Shown here one piece after another: positions 44,446 to 55,574 of a stretch of 64,000 nt of DNA; position 1 is the first letter of the stretch, and every line of letters begins with the position of its first letter. Under the pieces are notes generated by a model that had not been told where the DNA came from, made no database searches, and saw nothing but the letters and a program-made list of their open reading frames with translations. Location: IMG/VR virus record IMGVR_UViG_3300031566_003932, one strand, 5' to 3'. The position numbers and the translations under genes were made by a program. Source of the stretch: a virus.

Positions 44446-45076
44446 ATCTAACCAATTTCTCCCTCAATGGATGTGTCAATCTGTCCTCCGGTATCACGAC
44501 TAAAATCGGGCCTGTAAGCAAAAGCTCATCAGGTGCCACAAAAACTAAATCATCCGTATATTTTTCAAAAACCTTGAGCCATTGTTCTGGGGTCTTCATG
44601 TTGATATGTGAGGGATCGGTCCCTTTGTCCAGGCATAGCGTGTGCGCCTGTATACGTCCGACTCGAAAGCATTCATTCAACACATCGTCAAGTATCGATT
44701 CATCGATGTGCTCAAGCAATGCCGAGGAGAACACCAGGTCGAATTCTTTATCCTTGTAGGGCATGTTCTGAACGCTGCCCTGCCTGAGATTAGGCAATCC
44801 ACTATGAAAGACTGCTATCTGGCTTATCTCGATTCCATGGACATTTTTAAAACCCCTGCTTTCCCATACCCTCATGGCATGGCCCACGCCCGAGCCAAGG
44901 TCTAAGATCTTGGCCGAAAGAGGAAGGCCGGTATACATCAGAATGCGGTTGATATAATACGCCTTGGCTTCGTTGGCCCATTCGGGCATGGGACTATTGA
45001 TATACTGGTGCCGATACCAGCCCTTGAGATATTCCTGATCATACCAGGACCCGTCTATGAATTTTTGATTATCCAT
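44420..45076 (-). CDS. Class I methyltransferase (copy 2)
   Basis: Same as 50-706. Confidence 0.85.
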   Translation of the reverse strand: MDNQKFIDGSWYDQEYLKGWYRHQYINSPMPEWANEAKAYYINRILMYTGLPLSAKILDLGSGVGHAMRVWESRGFKNVHGIEISQIAVFHSGLPNLRQGSVQNMPYKDKEFDLVFSSALLEHIDESILDDVLNECFRVGRIQAHTLCLDKGTDPSHINMKTPEQWLKVFEKYTDDLVFVAPDELLLTGPILVVIPEDRLTHPLREKLVRYAADNNHK

Positions 45077-45830
45077 TAGCTGCCTTAAATATCTTCCACC
45101 CGGTGAAATTCCTATTATATCCCTGCATTCCGCCCTCTGTTTCACCCCGGAAAGTAAAATCGAATCCGCAGTCTTTGAGAAAAGATTTCAGGATTACATT
45201 TGCCGTGTTTTGATCCGGATATCCGTATTGAGCAAATTGATCATCACTAAAAAAGCCGGGTGCGGGCGCGTGTGTCTCCAGGTCCATAAACTTGACCCGC
45301 GTTAACGAATCTTTCAGGCTATCCCTCGGGCTGAAAATCTCGTATTCGCCACCCTCGATATCTACCTTGAGAACGTCAATAGTATCGAACAAAGATAGAA
45401 GATGCTCAAAGCCTATGGTCTGGGTAAAGCCTGCATTGATATGCTCATTAGGATCAAAGAAAGTTCCGTATTGCCCGTGGTTGCTCCGGGAACTTGACCA
45501 GAATATGTTACGAGCCTCACCCGTTTTCAATGCCGCGGCCGCCCACATGGGCGTAATGACATGGCCAAAATGATTATTATATGTGTTCTTTACCAAAGTT
45601 CTGAAATTCTCAAAGAAGGCCTCGATTGCCAGGATTCGGTTAAAGCCCTTTTCTGCTGCAAAATATAAGGTACTGCAACCGATATGAGCGCCTATTTCAA
45701 GCATAGTATCATGGGAACCGTTGAAATCTTCCATGTATCTCACACCCTCATCCAGAATCCACTGGTCGCAGTCTTGCAGTTCCATCGTGACATCACGGCT
45801 TTTGATGTGCGGGTGTGCTATGTTAAGCAT
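45069..45830 (-). CDS. FkbM-family methyltransferase (copy 2)
   Basis: Same as 699-1460. Confidence 0.85.
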   Translation of the reverse strand: MLNIAHPHIKSRDVTMELQDCDQWILDEGVRYMEDFNGSHDTMLEIGAHIGCSTLYFAAEKGFNRILAIEAFFENFRTLVKNTYNNHFGHVITPMWAAAALKTGEARNIFWSSSRSNHGQYGTFFDPNEHINAGFTQTIGFEHLLSLFDTIDVLKVDIEGGEYEIFSPRDSLKDSLTRVKFMDLETHAPAPGFFSDDQFAQYGYPDQNTANVILKSFLKDCGFDFTFRGETEGGMQGYNRNFTGWKIFKAANG

Positions 45831-46587
45831 ACATCCTCACGAGGTCCTGGTCAGTAGGTTGATTCTCCATTTCAAACTGCGCCATAAGATCGGCGGATAT
45901 CTCTTGATGACAAGTCCGACAAAGAGCATAAGGCCGGATAGGGCGACTAAGGATATCCCCATCAAACACATTGCCAAAAACGCCGAGATTACGATAGTCA
46001 AAGCAGCAAGGCGTAATATTACCCTCAGTGAGTACATATCCTCTCCCCTCTATAAGTGGGTCGCATCGACCCTTGAGCATGCAGTCAACCTGATTCTCAG
46101 GCTCAAGCTGCCCTGCCCAATTGTGCGTATAGATAATAGGGCCATTATTGAGCACCCCCGGAATTCCGACCTTTAGCATGATCTGAGCTGCCTTACGCGC
46201 ATGGGCGGGCGAATGCGGGGAAAGGTCAAGCTGATCCATGCCCGCATCCTTGAGGCCCTTGCAGACCTCATAAGTCATATTTACGCCGTTAGTACACATG
46301 CAGACGCGCCGATCGCCCATGATTTCCTTGGTGCGCTTCACCCGTTTAACGAGTTGTGGATCGAGAAACGCTTCGCCATCCCCGTTCATATTGACTTCCA
46401 TCTGTGTGCCACGGTTGCAAAGCTCCTGTAAAAGCTCAAGGGTCTTGTCAAATACCCGGTCTGACATGATGCCGGGTTTCCTTGCAGGGTCTTTCACGAG
46501 CAGGCGGTTAATGCAATATTGACATTGCAAATTGCAAATGTTAGAAAGCTCAATAGTCGTTATGGTCTTGAGGGTAATCATCCCCAC
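45823..46587 (-). CDS. Radical SAM paralog 1 (copy 2)
   Basis: Same as 1453-2217. Confidence 0.9.
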   Translation of the reverse strand: MGMITLKTITTIELSNICNLQCQYCINRLLVKDPARKPGIMSDRVFDKTLELLQELCNRGTQMEVNMNGDGEAFLDPQLVKRVKRTKEIMGDRRVCMCTNGVNMTYEVCKGLKDAGMDQLDLSPHSPAHARKAAQIMLKVGIPGVLNNGPIIYTHNWAGQLEPENQVDCMLKGRCDPLIEGRGYVLTEGNITPCCFDYRNLGVFGNVFDGDILSRPIRPYALCRTCHQEISADLMAQFEMENQPTDQDLVRMYA

Positions 46588-47201
46588 CTCATAAGGCCCT
46601 TATCGTCTAAAATTTCATCGTTCAACAGATTGATGAAATGATGACAATCTGTGCAGTAAACATGATATATGCTTTGCACCCGTAAATATTTTTTGCCATA
46701 CATATTTTCAGGATATCCAGCCGTAACCCAATTTTTATGCTCACATTTTTCCATAAAGGAGACCTCCCATGGGACACCTAATATTTTGCATCTTGCATAT
46801 TATAGCGATTTTATTCGGTTTCATCCTGCTGTTCATAACCGTTCCACTTCATATCATTTACGCTTGCGTACACAGAAAAAGAAAGTTAGCTTAAATATCG
46901 CTAGTAAGCCAATCATCGAGAAAAGGCTTCAATCCCTTTTGTATATCCAGATATAGACTTAAAGCGGAATTCCGTTCTATTTCTAATTTATTCGGATCTG
47001 ATGCAACTTTTTTAGCAAAAATCAAAGCTCGAAATTCTCCATTATCCTTTGTATCAAATTCAAACTGTCTTGTGCATTTATGGCAAAGTCGAGCAGGGTA
47101 AACGTCAAAAAGCATTCTATCTATTGCGTCCTCTGCCCCGCATTTCTCACAAGAAATGAAAACGCCATATTTCTTAGTGATCGAAATATTGATAAAGGCC
47201 A

Positions 47202-49424
47202 TCACGCAAACCCCTTCTGAGGCTCAAGCCTCGGTTTTGCGCTCTCCTTGCCATTCCATTCATCAACTATCGTGACCGGTATCAGGAGTGCGCGGCATTG
47301 AAAGTGATTCGGAGGCGTGTAACTGCCCCAGTCCTTCAAGATCCGCCCGTTGAGATGTTCGCAAATATCCGATGTCCGCTCATCCAATACCGCACTGTAT
47401 TCATAGGCCAGCACAAAGCCTCTAAATTCCGGTTGCCCGAAAAGCGCCTGCCGTGCCTGGTTAAGCGCGTCAGACGTATTTGTTCGGGCAATATTCTCTA
47501 ACCTGGCCGGGACGTTAATCGCCTTACCCCCCGCATCGACTTCCGGCAGCATCTGCAAGAGCGTTGTTTCCTCGCCTATGGCCTTGATGGTCTGAGGTAA
47601 GGTCTTGTCGTACTTGACGGCATTCTCAAGCACATTTTGAACGCCTTTCAAGGTATCTTGCTCCATCACGCCGGCAATCGTGAAAGCCTTGGATGCAAGA
47701 AATTTCTCAACCTGCGTCTTATCCATGCCGGGGCGAATGGTCTTGGCCTGCACCTTCTTAGGCAATTCACGGCGGGCGAATTCATAACCATTCTCAAGCA
47801 CGGTAGTCAGATTCTTTCGTATATTGCGCCTGAGATTGCCCATGATTGCCTTGCTTATTCCGATTCCGAGTAGTTCCTTGAGCTTTACATTACCGAGAGA
47901 CCGCTGACCCACGATATTGATAATCTGCTTTTCTATGGATATCCGGACCTCTGCCATGCTCTGCTTGAGGTCGTCAACAAACTTGCCGTCTTGATCATCC
48001 AGGGTGCCTTTGATCGCGGTGAAATCTACTCGTTTGAGCCATGGCTTTTCGGCAAATTCCTTTCTGATAAGATCCTGCTTTTCCTTGGGTTGCGCGGAGA
48101 TCCAGTTTTCTATTTCCTCATCTGAGGGTGGTTCCTCACCGGGCAGGCCCTCTACAGGTATTTCCTCCTCTGGTTCCTCTTCCTCTGCCTTCTCAGGAAA
48201 TCCCATACTCTGCCTGATATGGGCCTCGTCAGTATCGCTCTTTGTTACTGCCCCTTTGCTGACGAGTTCAGCCCATTGTTTCGCTATCTCCGCTTTCTGC
48301 GTGTCGGAGATAGGCTCAAATCGAAACCAGGGGAAATCCTCTGTGCCAAAATTCCATATCGCAAGTTGTCTGAAAAGCTGCTCGTTCAAGGTTTCTTCAA
48401 GGCGCGTGGCGATGATATCCAGAATCCAGAAGAAAGATTCGAGTTGTGTCTGTGATTGGCTGTAACTGCCGGTCTTTCCTTCTTCCGATAATCCCAGGAG
48501 ATTCGGGACTAGGATTGATCGCCCGATAGCACGGTTATGCAGCCCTATGGCCTTTTCAAAGGCATCGGTTCTGACAGGTTGGAAAAGATTGAGTTTTATA
48601 TGATCAGGTACATGGGCAGCCATCTTTACTGAAATATTATTGATGAGATCTTCAAGATGTTCCTTGTCTCCTGGTTGCAATGATCCGTGTTGCGCCCAAA
48701 TAAACCCGCTGGCATGCCGCTCAAGGAAGATATTGTAAAACCGGATCGTAATATCTTTCGACCACCAGGAGCGATAGCAGGCCCTCAGATCTGATTCGCC
48801 GTATATGCGATTGACGTCCGGTTGATGTACAAAATGAATGATCTTGGTAAGGGGTATCTCATTCCGGGCCCCCCCCACAACTTGGCTGATTTTCTCGATA
48901 TTGCCATGCTCATCGAGTTGAAAGCCGCCGTTGAAAGTTTCGGCCGGCCTGAGCTTGAGATCCTTCAAGCCCCAGTATGTCTTGCTGTCATAGGTGATTG
49001 GTTGAAAGACTTTCTCGATTACAGAATAACCATTTTGGAAGGCAGAAAGTATCTCGATCAACTTGTCCGAGAAGCTGCCCCGGATCTGTTTGATTGCAAA
49101 GCCGAAGAAATCGGCCATCTCTTCATGCTCTTTGCGGGGCTCCCCATTATCATCCGTTTCAATATCGAAGTACCAGTCACGGCTTAGGACAGCATTCATT
49201 TTGAATTGCAGGGTGGGCTTGATCTGATCGTCTTTGACCATATTGCTGTAGATCTCATTCCCCTTGGTGATCTTGAGCGTATCGGGATCATAGTCATGAA
49301 ACGTACCGAGGCCATAAAGACTGGTTCTCGCTATACCAATTTCACCGGCTTTGGGGGTGCCTGCTTCTTTCTCAAGAAGATCGGGTTTCTTGAATGCTTG
49401 TAATGCTGCGCTAAGTCTGCTCAT
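47202..49424 (-). CDS. Portal-MuF fusion (copy 2)
   Basis: Same as 2832-5054. Confidence 0.85.
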   Translation of the reverse strand: MSRLSAALQAFKKPDLLEKEAGTPKAGEIGIARTSLYGLGTFHDYDPDTLKITKGNEIYSNMVKDDQIKPTLQFKMNAVLSRDWYFDIETDDNGEPRKEHEEMADFFGFAIKQIRGSFSDKLIEILSAFQNGYSVIEKVFQPITYDSKTYWGLKDLKLRPAETFNGGFQLDEHGNIEKISQVVGGARNEIPLTKIIHFVHQPDVNRIYGESDLRACYRSWWSKDITIRFYNIFLERHASGFIWAQHGSLQPGDKEHLEDLINNISVKMAAHVPDHIKLNLFQPVRTDAFEKAIGLHNRAIGRSILVPNLLGLSEEGKTGSYSQSQTQLESFFWILDIIATRLEETLNEQLFRQLAIWNFGTEDFPWFRFEPISDTQKAEIAKQWAELVSKGAVTKSDTDEAHIRQSMGFPEKAEEEEPEEEIPVEGLPGEEPPSDEEIENWISAQPKEKQDLIRKEFAEKPWLKRVDFTAIKGTLDDQDGKFVDDLKQSMAEVRISIEKQIINIVGQRSLGNVKLKELLGIGISKAIMGNLRRNIRKNLTTVLENGYEFARRELPKKVQAKTIRPGMDKTQVEKFLASKAFTIAGVMEQDTLKGVQNVLENAVKYDKTLPQTIKAIGEETTLLQMLPEVDAGGKAINVPARLENIARTNTSDALNQARQALFGQPEFRGFVLAYEYSAVLDERTSDICEHLNGRILKDWGSYTPPNHFQCRALLIPVTIVDEWNGKESAKPRLEPQKGFA

Positions 49425-50915
49425 TTACCAATCCGCTCCGCTTGCTACAGTTTGGCCTACGCCGAAACCGCTTTCCCATTGAATGCCGACTTTCTCCCTG
49501 AGATACTTTAAGGCCATGCTCACCATATCGGCCTGATCCTTAGTTGCGGTATTCGGGAAATTCTGTAATTCAAGCTCAAACTCTGTCAACCAAGGGGCCT
49601 CTTCAGGCAAGAATACCATACCCGCTTCTATGGCCGGAGTTTCTGTGGCTAGGCGTGTGATCTTGTCGGATTCAGGTTCAAAGGCTATCAAGGGCAGGCC
49701 CTGGACTTCCTGCAAAAGAGAAGATCCCGTTGACTTATCCTCGATTACTATGGCATTCGGCTGCTGGCCAAAGAGGGTTTGACATTTATTCACTTGCGTT
49801 GTTAGAGCCCGCTTCCCTGCCGGATAGTTAAGCCATTCCCGGAATACATCGACAAGATAGTATTGCGTATAGGTTATAAGCCATGTACCACATACCCATG
49901 GCGAATTAGTGAGCTCATCGGCCTTTTGCGCGGTATCCCAGACCTGTAAAAACATGACCCATTGATCTTTGGAAGGTAAAATTTGATACTGCTTGAACCA
50001 TCGCATTTCCACGATTGACCCCTCGAGAGGCGCCGGCCGTTGCTGTAACTGGCAGGCTACGCCATAACTGCCAAGGAAGCGCTGGGCCTCGTCATAAAAG
50101 GTTTCTCCAAAACGATCTCCCCAGTAAAACTCACCCTCTTCCTTCCGGGGATCTTCGGGCATTGCATCCTGCAGCTCGTATTTGAACGGTATCCGCACAT
50201 GCACCCAATCACCGTTTCCCTTCTTAATCACATGACCGGTTAAATCGTCTTGATGTACCCGTTGCTGGATTATGATAATGGCCGAATTATTAGGATCATT
50301 CAGGCGTGTGCTCAAGGAATTGTCAAAACTATCAAGGGCCGCCATGCGATCGGCTTCGGAGTACATGGCCTTTTTTGCATCGTGAGGGTCATCAATAATC
50401 ATAATATCCGCGCCCTCGCCTGAGACTCCGCCAGACATGCCGAAGATAATTCGAGTACCGGTACCATTTATCTCATAGCGCCGTTTTTGATTCTGGTCTG
50501 AGGTAAAGACAATCTCAGATCCCCATCTGACTTGAAACCATCGGCTTTGTACTAACCGGCGCATCTTGACCGCATCCCTAACAGCGAGCTCTTCCTTGTG
50601 CGAGCCGGTAAGGAATTTCTTGGAAGGGTCATTGAGCCAGACCCAGGCCGGGAACATGACAGAGCAAAGGGTTGACTTCATAGAACGGTACGGGACGTTG
50701 ATCACAAGCCGGGTAATCTCACCCCTATACACCCGCTCTAAGTAATCGCAGATAAGCTCGATATGCCAGTTGTGTTGATATTCCACGCCGGGCTCAATTA
50801 TCGGCCAAGATTCCCGGACAAAACTGAGAAAATCCCGCCTGCACAGTTCGGAATCAACTATTTCCTGCTGTAGCAGCCTTAGTGGCAATGTCTTTAAGAA
50901 TTCGGAGTTCATCAA
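49425..50915 (-). CDS. terL: Terminase large subunit (copy 2)
   Basis: Same as 5055-6545. Confidence 0.93.
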   Translation of the reverse strand: MMNSEFLKTLPLRLLQQEIVDSELCRRDFLSFVRESWPIIEPGVEYQHNWHIELICDYLERVYRGEITRLVINVPYRSMKSTLCSVMFPAWVWLNDPSKKFLTGSHKEELAVRDAVKMRRLVQSRWFQVRWGSEIVFTSDQNQKRRYEINGTGTRIIFGMSGGVSGEGADIMIIDDPHDAKKAMYSEADRMAALDSFDNSLSTRLNDPNNSAIIIIQQRVHQDDLTGHVIKKGNGDWVHVRIPFKYELQDAMPEDPRKEEGEFYWGDRFGETFYDEAQRFLGSYGVACQLQQRPAPLEGSIVEMRWFKQYQILPSKDQWVMFLQVWDTAQKADELTNSPWVCGTWLITYTQYYLVDVFREWLNYPAGKRALTTQVNKCQTLFGQQPNAIVIEDKSTGSSLLQEVQGLPLIAFEPESDKITRLATETPAIEAGMVFLPEEAPWLTEFELELQNFPNTATKDQADMVSMALKYLREKVGIQWESGFGVGQTVASGADW

Positions 50916-51456
50916 TGCTCAAATCTTTCAAGATTGGTTTCAAGTCAATCGGTATCGGCCCGCCATCGGGTCCGGAGGCCTCGACTGCCTTAATGTCTTT
51001 CCAGCGATCTCTACGCCGGTTCTTGAGCCAGAAGATTCCAGCGGTAGTTTCCGAAGGTATGTGCTTTGAAACTTTTTTGGTTATTACATACTTGATTTTC
51101 TCTTTTTCCGTTTTCGGGTCAATTTGCGGGTTTTCTTCCTTGACAGCTCGCCGTGTAACTTCAGTGTAGTTATAGCCTTTGGCTCTCTTTTTCAGCGACT
51201 TCTCAATATCTCCCGTATCAAATTCATCCTTCCCCTCTTGAACCGCCTTCCCGAATTCGGGGTATTCCCTGCGCCATCGGACCAGACTATCCCTCGAAAT
51301 ATCTATGAGCTCACAGAACTTCACATCGGTAAAGCCCTCAGAAAAGGCAATCCGGGCTTGCCGGATATACTCTTCTTTGAATTCGCGGGGTCTGCCTGCC
51401 TTATTGTTTTTCTGCTTGGGCGGCATATAATCCATCTCTGAAACTAGACAACACAA
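50854..51456 (-). CDS. terS: Terminase small subunit (copy 2)
   Basis: Same as 6484-7086. Confidence 0.85.
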   Translation of the reverse strand: MCCLVSEMDYMPPKQKNNKAGRPREFKEEYIRQARIAFSEGFTDVKFCELIDISRDSLVRWRREYPEFGKAVQEGKDEFDTGDIEKSLKKRAKGYNYTEVTRRAVKEENPQIDPKTEKEKIKYVITKKVSKHIPSETTAGIFWLKNRRRDRWKDIKAVEASGPDGGPIPIDLKPILKDLSIDELRILKDIATKAATAGNS

Positions 51457-52120
51457 TCTTTACCATTTCAAGATATTCCGCTTTTAGAAATGGCAAAGTA
51501 GGCGGTTGCAATTCTGGGAATTCCAGGAGACGAATGAGTTTGTTGAGCTGCATTTCGATAAAAGGCTTGTCAACCATGACGTTAAATCCCTCAGCAAGTG
51601 CCTTCTCGTAATTAACTGTAGAATCACCCGCCTTAAAAGCAAGTATCTTGTCAAGCCATCCATTCCAATCAGGAATCTTGGCCGGGTTGTTCTGGCCTAT
51701 CAGATAACCCGCTGTCGCTGCGCTCATGTCCGCTGCTACTTCTATGGTATTGGACCCGGTTGCGCACGCGCTCAAGAAGAGTATCGCTAGGCTTAGTATC
51801 ATAAGGTTTCTTTTCATTCTCCAATGCCTTATCTATAAGTTTGATTGCCGCGTATTCGGCTATTTTCCAAAAAAGACCGACCATTATTCCCTCGGTTGGT
51901 CTTTGCTGAAAATTAAGAGGAGGGCATAGAAAGCAGCCGCTAGGGTTGCTAACTTCTCGGGATCAATCTGAAAACCCCAATAGCCTACCACAACCACAAT
52001 CGCCGGTATGACAGCGGCAATACTGGTTTTCCAGTTTTTGATAATTCGGTCTAACATTTTAAATCTCCTCTTGTTTAAGGTTATTCGATCCTATCCACCA
52101 AGCCCCGGGCCTTGATGTAA

Positions 52121-52981
52121 TCATTCGCCTCCGTTTTTATTCTTTTTCTTTGCCTCTATTTCCGATTCCCTCAACTCTAAGCACTTGCTCTCTGTCAACT
52201 TTGAATCGAAAAGAAAATCATAATGCTCAGTTTCCAACCATTCATAAATCCGACTTATGGGAATAAACAAACCCATGTGAGTAATGACTGTGCCCCAACC
52301 GACAACAGGGACTAAAGAGGGAATGCCGATGAATTCTCCCTGTGCGTTAAACATGGCACCCCCTGAATTCCCATAAATAATCTGGCTTGAACTCATGTGG
52401 TAAGGGAGGGATTCAATCTGGAAATTCTTGCGAGTAATTACTCCCACGGTAGGTAAAGGGGGAAACCCCAAAGAACAGCCAACAGCGATGCTTTCATCCA
52501 TAACAAGTACACTGTCTGTATCCTCTTTGTTGGGAAGTATTGCACGATGAATAACTGACTCCTCGGTTCTTAACTTCAAAAGGGCCAAATCGTTGTCTTT
52601 GCTGTAAAGAACAATATCGGCCTCAACCTTCAGGGTGCCAATAGGAGTGCTAATGTCACGATATTTGAAGATTTCAACATAAACAATTGCCCGTTTCTCG
52701 CGTTTAACATTTTTCTGTACATCAGTATCCCATTCATCTGTAATGCTGATAGCACCTTCAATCACATGATGATTAGTAAGTACATAAGTTGAATAGCCCA
52801 TCTTGCCTGTTTGAAGATACGAATAAACCACAGTGCCGGAACCTCCGACATTACCCTCCGTTACCCTCACGACAGGGTAGATGAATTTCTCGTGGGCCTG
52901 GATGGCCGTTAGCGCAAATGCTGAAACTGCAAATACGAGAATCACCCCCAGGACCAGAAATGCGGAAATGATTCGTTTCAT
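52121..52981 (-). CDS. Secreted trypsin-like protease (copy 2)
   Basis: Same as 7751-8611. Confidence 0.88.
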   Translation of the reverse strand: MKRIISAFLVLGVILVFAVSAFALTAIQAHEKFIYPVVRVTEGNVGGSGTVVYSYLQTGKMGYSTYVLTNHHVIEGAISITDEWDTDVQKNVKREKRAIVYVEIFKYRDISTPIGTLKVEADIVLYSKDNDLALLKLRTEESVIHRAILPNKEDTDSVLVMDESIAVGCSLGFPPLPTVGVITRKNFQIESLPYHMSSSQIIYGNSGGAMFNAQGEFIGIPSLVPVVGWGTVITHMGLFIPISRIYEWLETEHYDFLFDSKLTESKCLELRESEIEAKKKNKNGGE

Positions 52982-52989
52982 GTTAATCT

Positions 52990-53400
52990 CCTTGGTTAAG
53001 GGTTGTGGGGCGTGACAGGGTATCCCCTGCGTATTAGGCCCGTTCGCGAGCTACACGCCCCGTAAAATGGGCTACAATGGGCTGGGTTCCACCGACTTGC
53101 GTGTGCCCAATCATCCGCAAGCTCGTTTACCATTGGGTAAACTCATCATTGTAGTCCATATCTGGTTCAGAACTCAGGCTTCCACCCCTATTAAGGCCAC
53201 CTACCACCAGAATCAAATATATGAGGCGTTATCTCTGGGCTTTCGCTTGCACTCCGTTCGATCCTTCGTCCGGGCTCCCCAAAATGGCCCGCGCCGCCTG
53301 ATTCGATTAGCGGGTTGAGCAACCATAAGATTGACTCGCGCTGCCGTCCGGCTCCAATCAGTCCGTTGCCCAGTCTCACCCCAACTCGAAAACATGGGGG
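52990..53400 (-). ncRNA. Candidate structured ncRNA (copy 2)
   Basis: Same as 8620-9030. Confidence 0.5.
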
Positions 53401-53403
53401 GAA

Positions 53404-53694
53404 TTATTCTCCAAAACTGTAATGGTTTCCGTCATCCCAGCGACCACCCCATGTACCACCAAGACTTTCCCAAAATTTACCTAATGGAAGATGATCCCCG
53501 GTTGTAGTCAAGTAGGTTCCATCCTTGAACAGGTTGAGGTCTATGGCGAGGCGCTGGTAGTGAAAACTCTTATTTTTATGGCCTGTGATTGCATAAGCAT
53601 CGCCAAAGGTCACTTCATAGCCCTGCTCATAAGCAAACAGAAGCAGGAGGGCGATCATATGAGCAAATTTTGATTGTTTCTGGCGTAGGGTCAC
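53404..53694 (-). CDS. M15 endolysin (copy 2)
   Basis: Same as 9034-9324. Confidence 0.85.
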   Translation of the reverse strand: MTLRQKQSKFAHMIALLLLFAYEQGYEVTFGDAYAITGHKNKSFHYQRLAIDLNLFKDGTYLTTTGDHLPLGKFWESLGGTWGGRWDDGNHYSFGE

Positions 53695-54615
53695 TTCTGT
53701 TCCTCCCGTTCTTGCTTTAAGAGCTCGTAAATGGGCTTCTTTTGCTCTTCGACTTCAGTAAGCATGGTCTGGACTTCCTTGAGTAAGTCTTGCGCCCTCA
53801 CCTTGGCATTGTAGGGCATGAGGTTGGCCTGAATGATGCCGGATGTATCACGGATGCGCTTGTTGATCCTGCTATTTAGGGCATCAATGGCTGTGAGTTT
53901 ATCGGAGATGATTTGACATTGCTCTAAATTCATATCAACCTCTCTGAGGGTGGGGCCGAGGCCCTGGAAAAAGGAGGGAAACCATGAGCCTCGGCTTGGG
54001 TGGTTTGTAAGGGAGTCACCATGCAGAGATAGGGTAAAACGGGGAAAGGGGAATGTCAAACGGGTGGAGGGTGTCGTTTGTATGTCGTTTATATGCCTTT
54101 TGTAGGTCTTTCTAGGTACTTTTGTAGTGTAAACGGGTACACGGCGATAATAGGCTTATAGGCGTCTATCAGAGGCACGTGAGCTTTGCGTAATAGACGC
54201 CTGGCCGTGCGTTCGTTGACCTTAAGGTAGCTGGCTATTTCCTTAAGGGTTACGAGTGGTTTTTCTTGGGTCATTCCCCTTCCATAACCATAGTTACCAA
54301 AGCCGCCGAATCGAGCATGTAATCAATCGCCCGTTTTGCCCGTTCCGCTTCCTTGGTCTTGATGTCGATCACAATCTGCTTTGACTTGAGCTCGCGGTTG
54401 AGAATTTCCATTTCTTTTCGAAGGGTGATCACCATAGTTTCGAATTGAGCGCGAGTCATATTTTGGAATGGCTCAACCGTTGTGGCTTCGTAGTAGTCAA
54501 AGCGCTCGGCTTCATATGGAGGCTCAGGCCAAGCCCAATCTGAAGTCGTCCTAAAGTTTTCTGCTATATTATCGCTGCCCATTTCTTTCCCCTCATTTTT
54601 TATGGTGTACGAAAA

Positions 54616-55359
54616 TCATTCATCATCCTTTCGATAATGACAATCTATACACAGGCCTCCGAGATACTTTTGTCCTTTCCCACAATGCTCGCAGAGGCCT
54701 GAATCTTTTGCCGAGTTCTTCTTTATCTCCACATCCATTTTCATGCTCAATTGGTCAAACTGTTTCCGGAGTTTTTCAGTTGATAGAATATTATTCTGCC
54801 AGAACTCATCAGCTTGGCACCAATTGATAACTTGCTCAATCTCTTCCGGGTCCCGCTTATCTTTGTGAACTATTAGAGCCATATGCTTTGCCCATTTTCC
54901 AATATCGGGTTGTTTGAATTTCGGTTTGCGTTTTTGAATGAGATTTAAGAGAAGTTGAGAAAGGCGAAACTCGTCCGAAGTGGTTTCTGACTTCGGACAC
55001 TCTTCTCTACTCTTCTCTACTCTACTCTGAAGGAGCACTTCGCTTGCATCTTGCTTGCATTGTGCTAGCACTTCGCTAGCATTACCATTTACTGATATAA
55101 ATCCAGCAGTTATCAAAGGCTCTAAATTTATATTTCCTTGCAACATGCCTTTTTGTTGTATCCATTGTGGATCTGCCGGTGTATTGTTATTTGTGCGGCT
55201 TGCTAGCATATAAAGGGACATAAGTAGCAACTTGCTAGCATCTTGCAAGCATCCATACTCGTAATCATCAAGCAGGCTATGATAGAGTTTAATCCAGGGT
55301 GGATCACGGTGCTTGTAATGCTGGAATTGCTCCCAGTTTTTTATAACTATGTAGTTCAT
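54616..55359 (-). CDS. Replication initiator (copy 2)
   Basis: Same as 10246-10989. Confidence 0.8.
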   Translation of the reverse strand: MNYIVIKNWEQFQHYKHRDPPWIKLYHSLLDDYEYGCLQDASKLLLMSLYMLASRTNNNTPADPQWIQQKGMLQGNINLEPLITAGFISVNGNASEVLAQCKQDASEVLLQSRVEKSREECPKSETTSDEFRLSQLLLNLIQKRKPKFKQPDIGKWAKHMALIVHKDKRDPEEIEQVINWCQADEFWQNNILSTEKLRKQFDQLSMKMDVEIKKNSAKDSGLCEHCGKGQKYLGGLCIDCHYRKDDE

Positions 55360-55574
55360 CCCTCCCGTTTCTCCCTCGGCCTCAAAATCTCCCGAAACTC
55401 ATTATACAAAGTCATCTTAAACCCCCTCTTCCCCTCACACTCTGGGTCCTGACACACATAATAGAAATACTCCCCTTTGTAATGTGATGGCCTCATAGGG
55501 TGGAGGTTGCACACCGGGCACCAGTAATCAGGTTTAATTTGTGCCGGTGATTGCATTATTCATGCACCTCGCCC

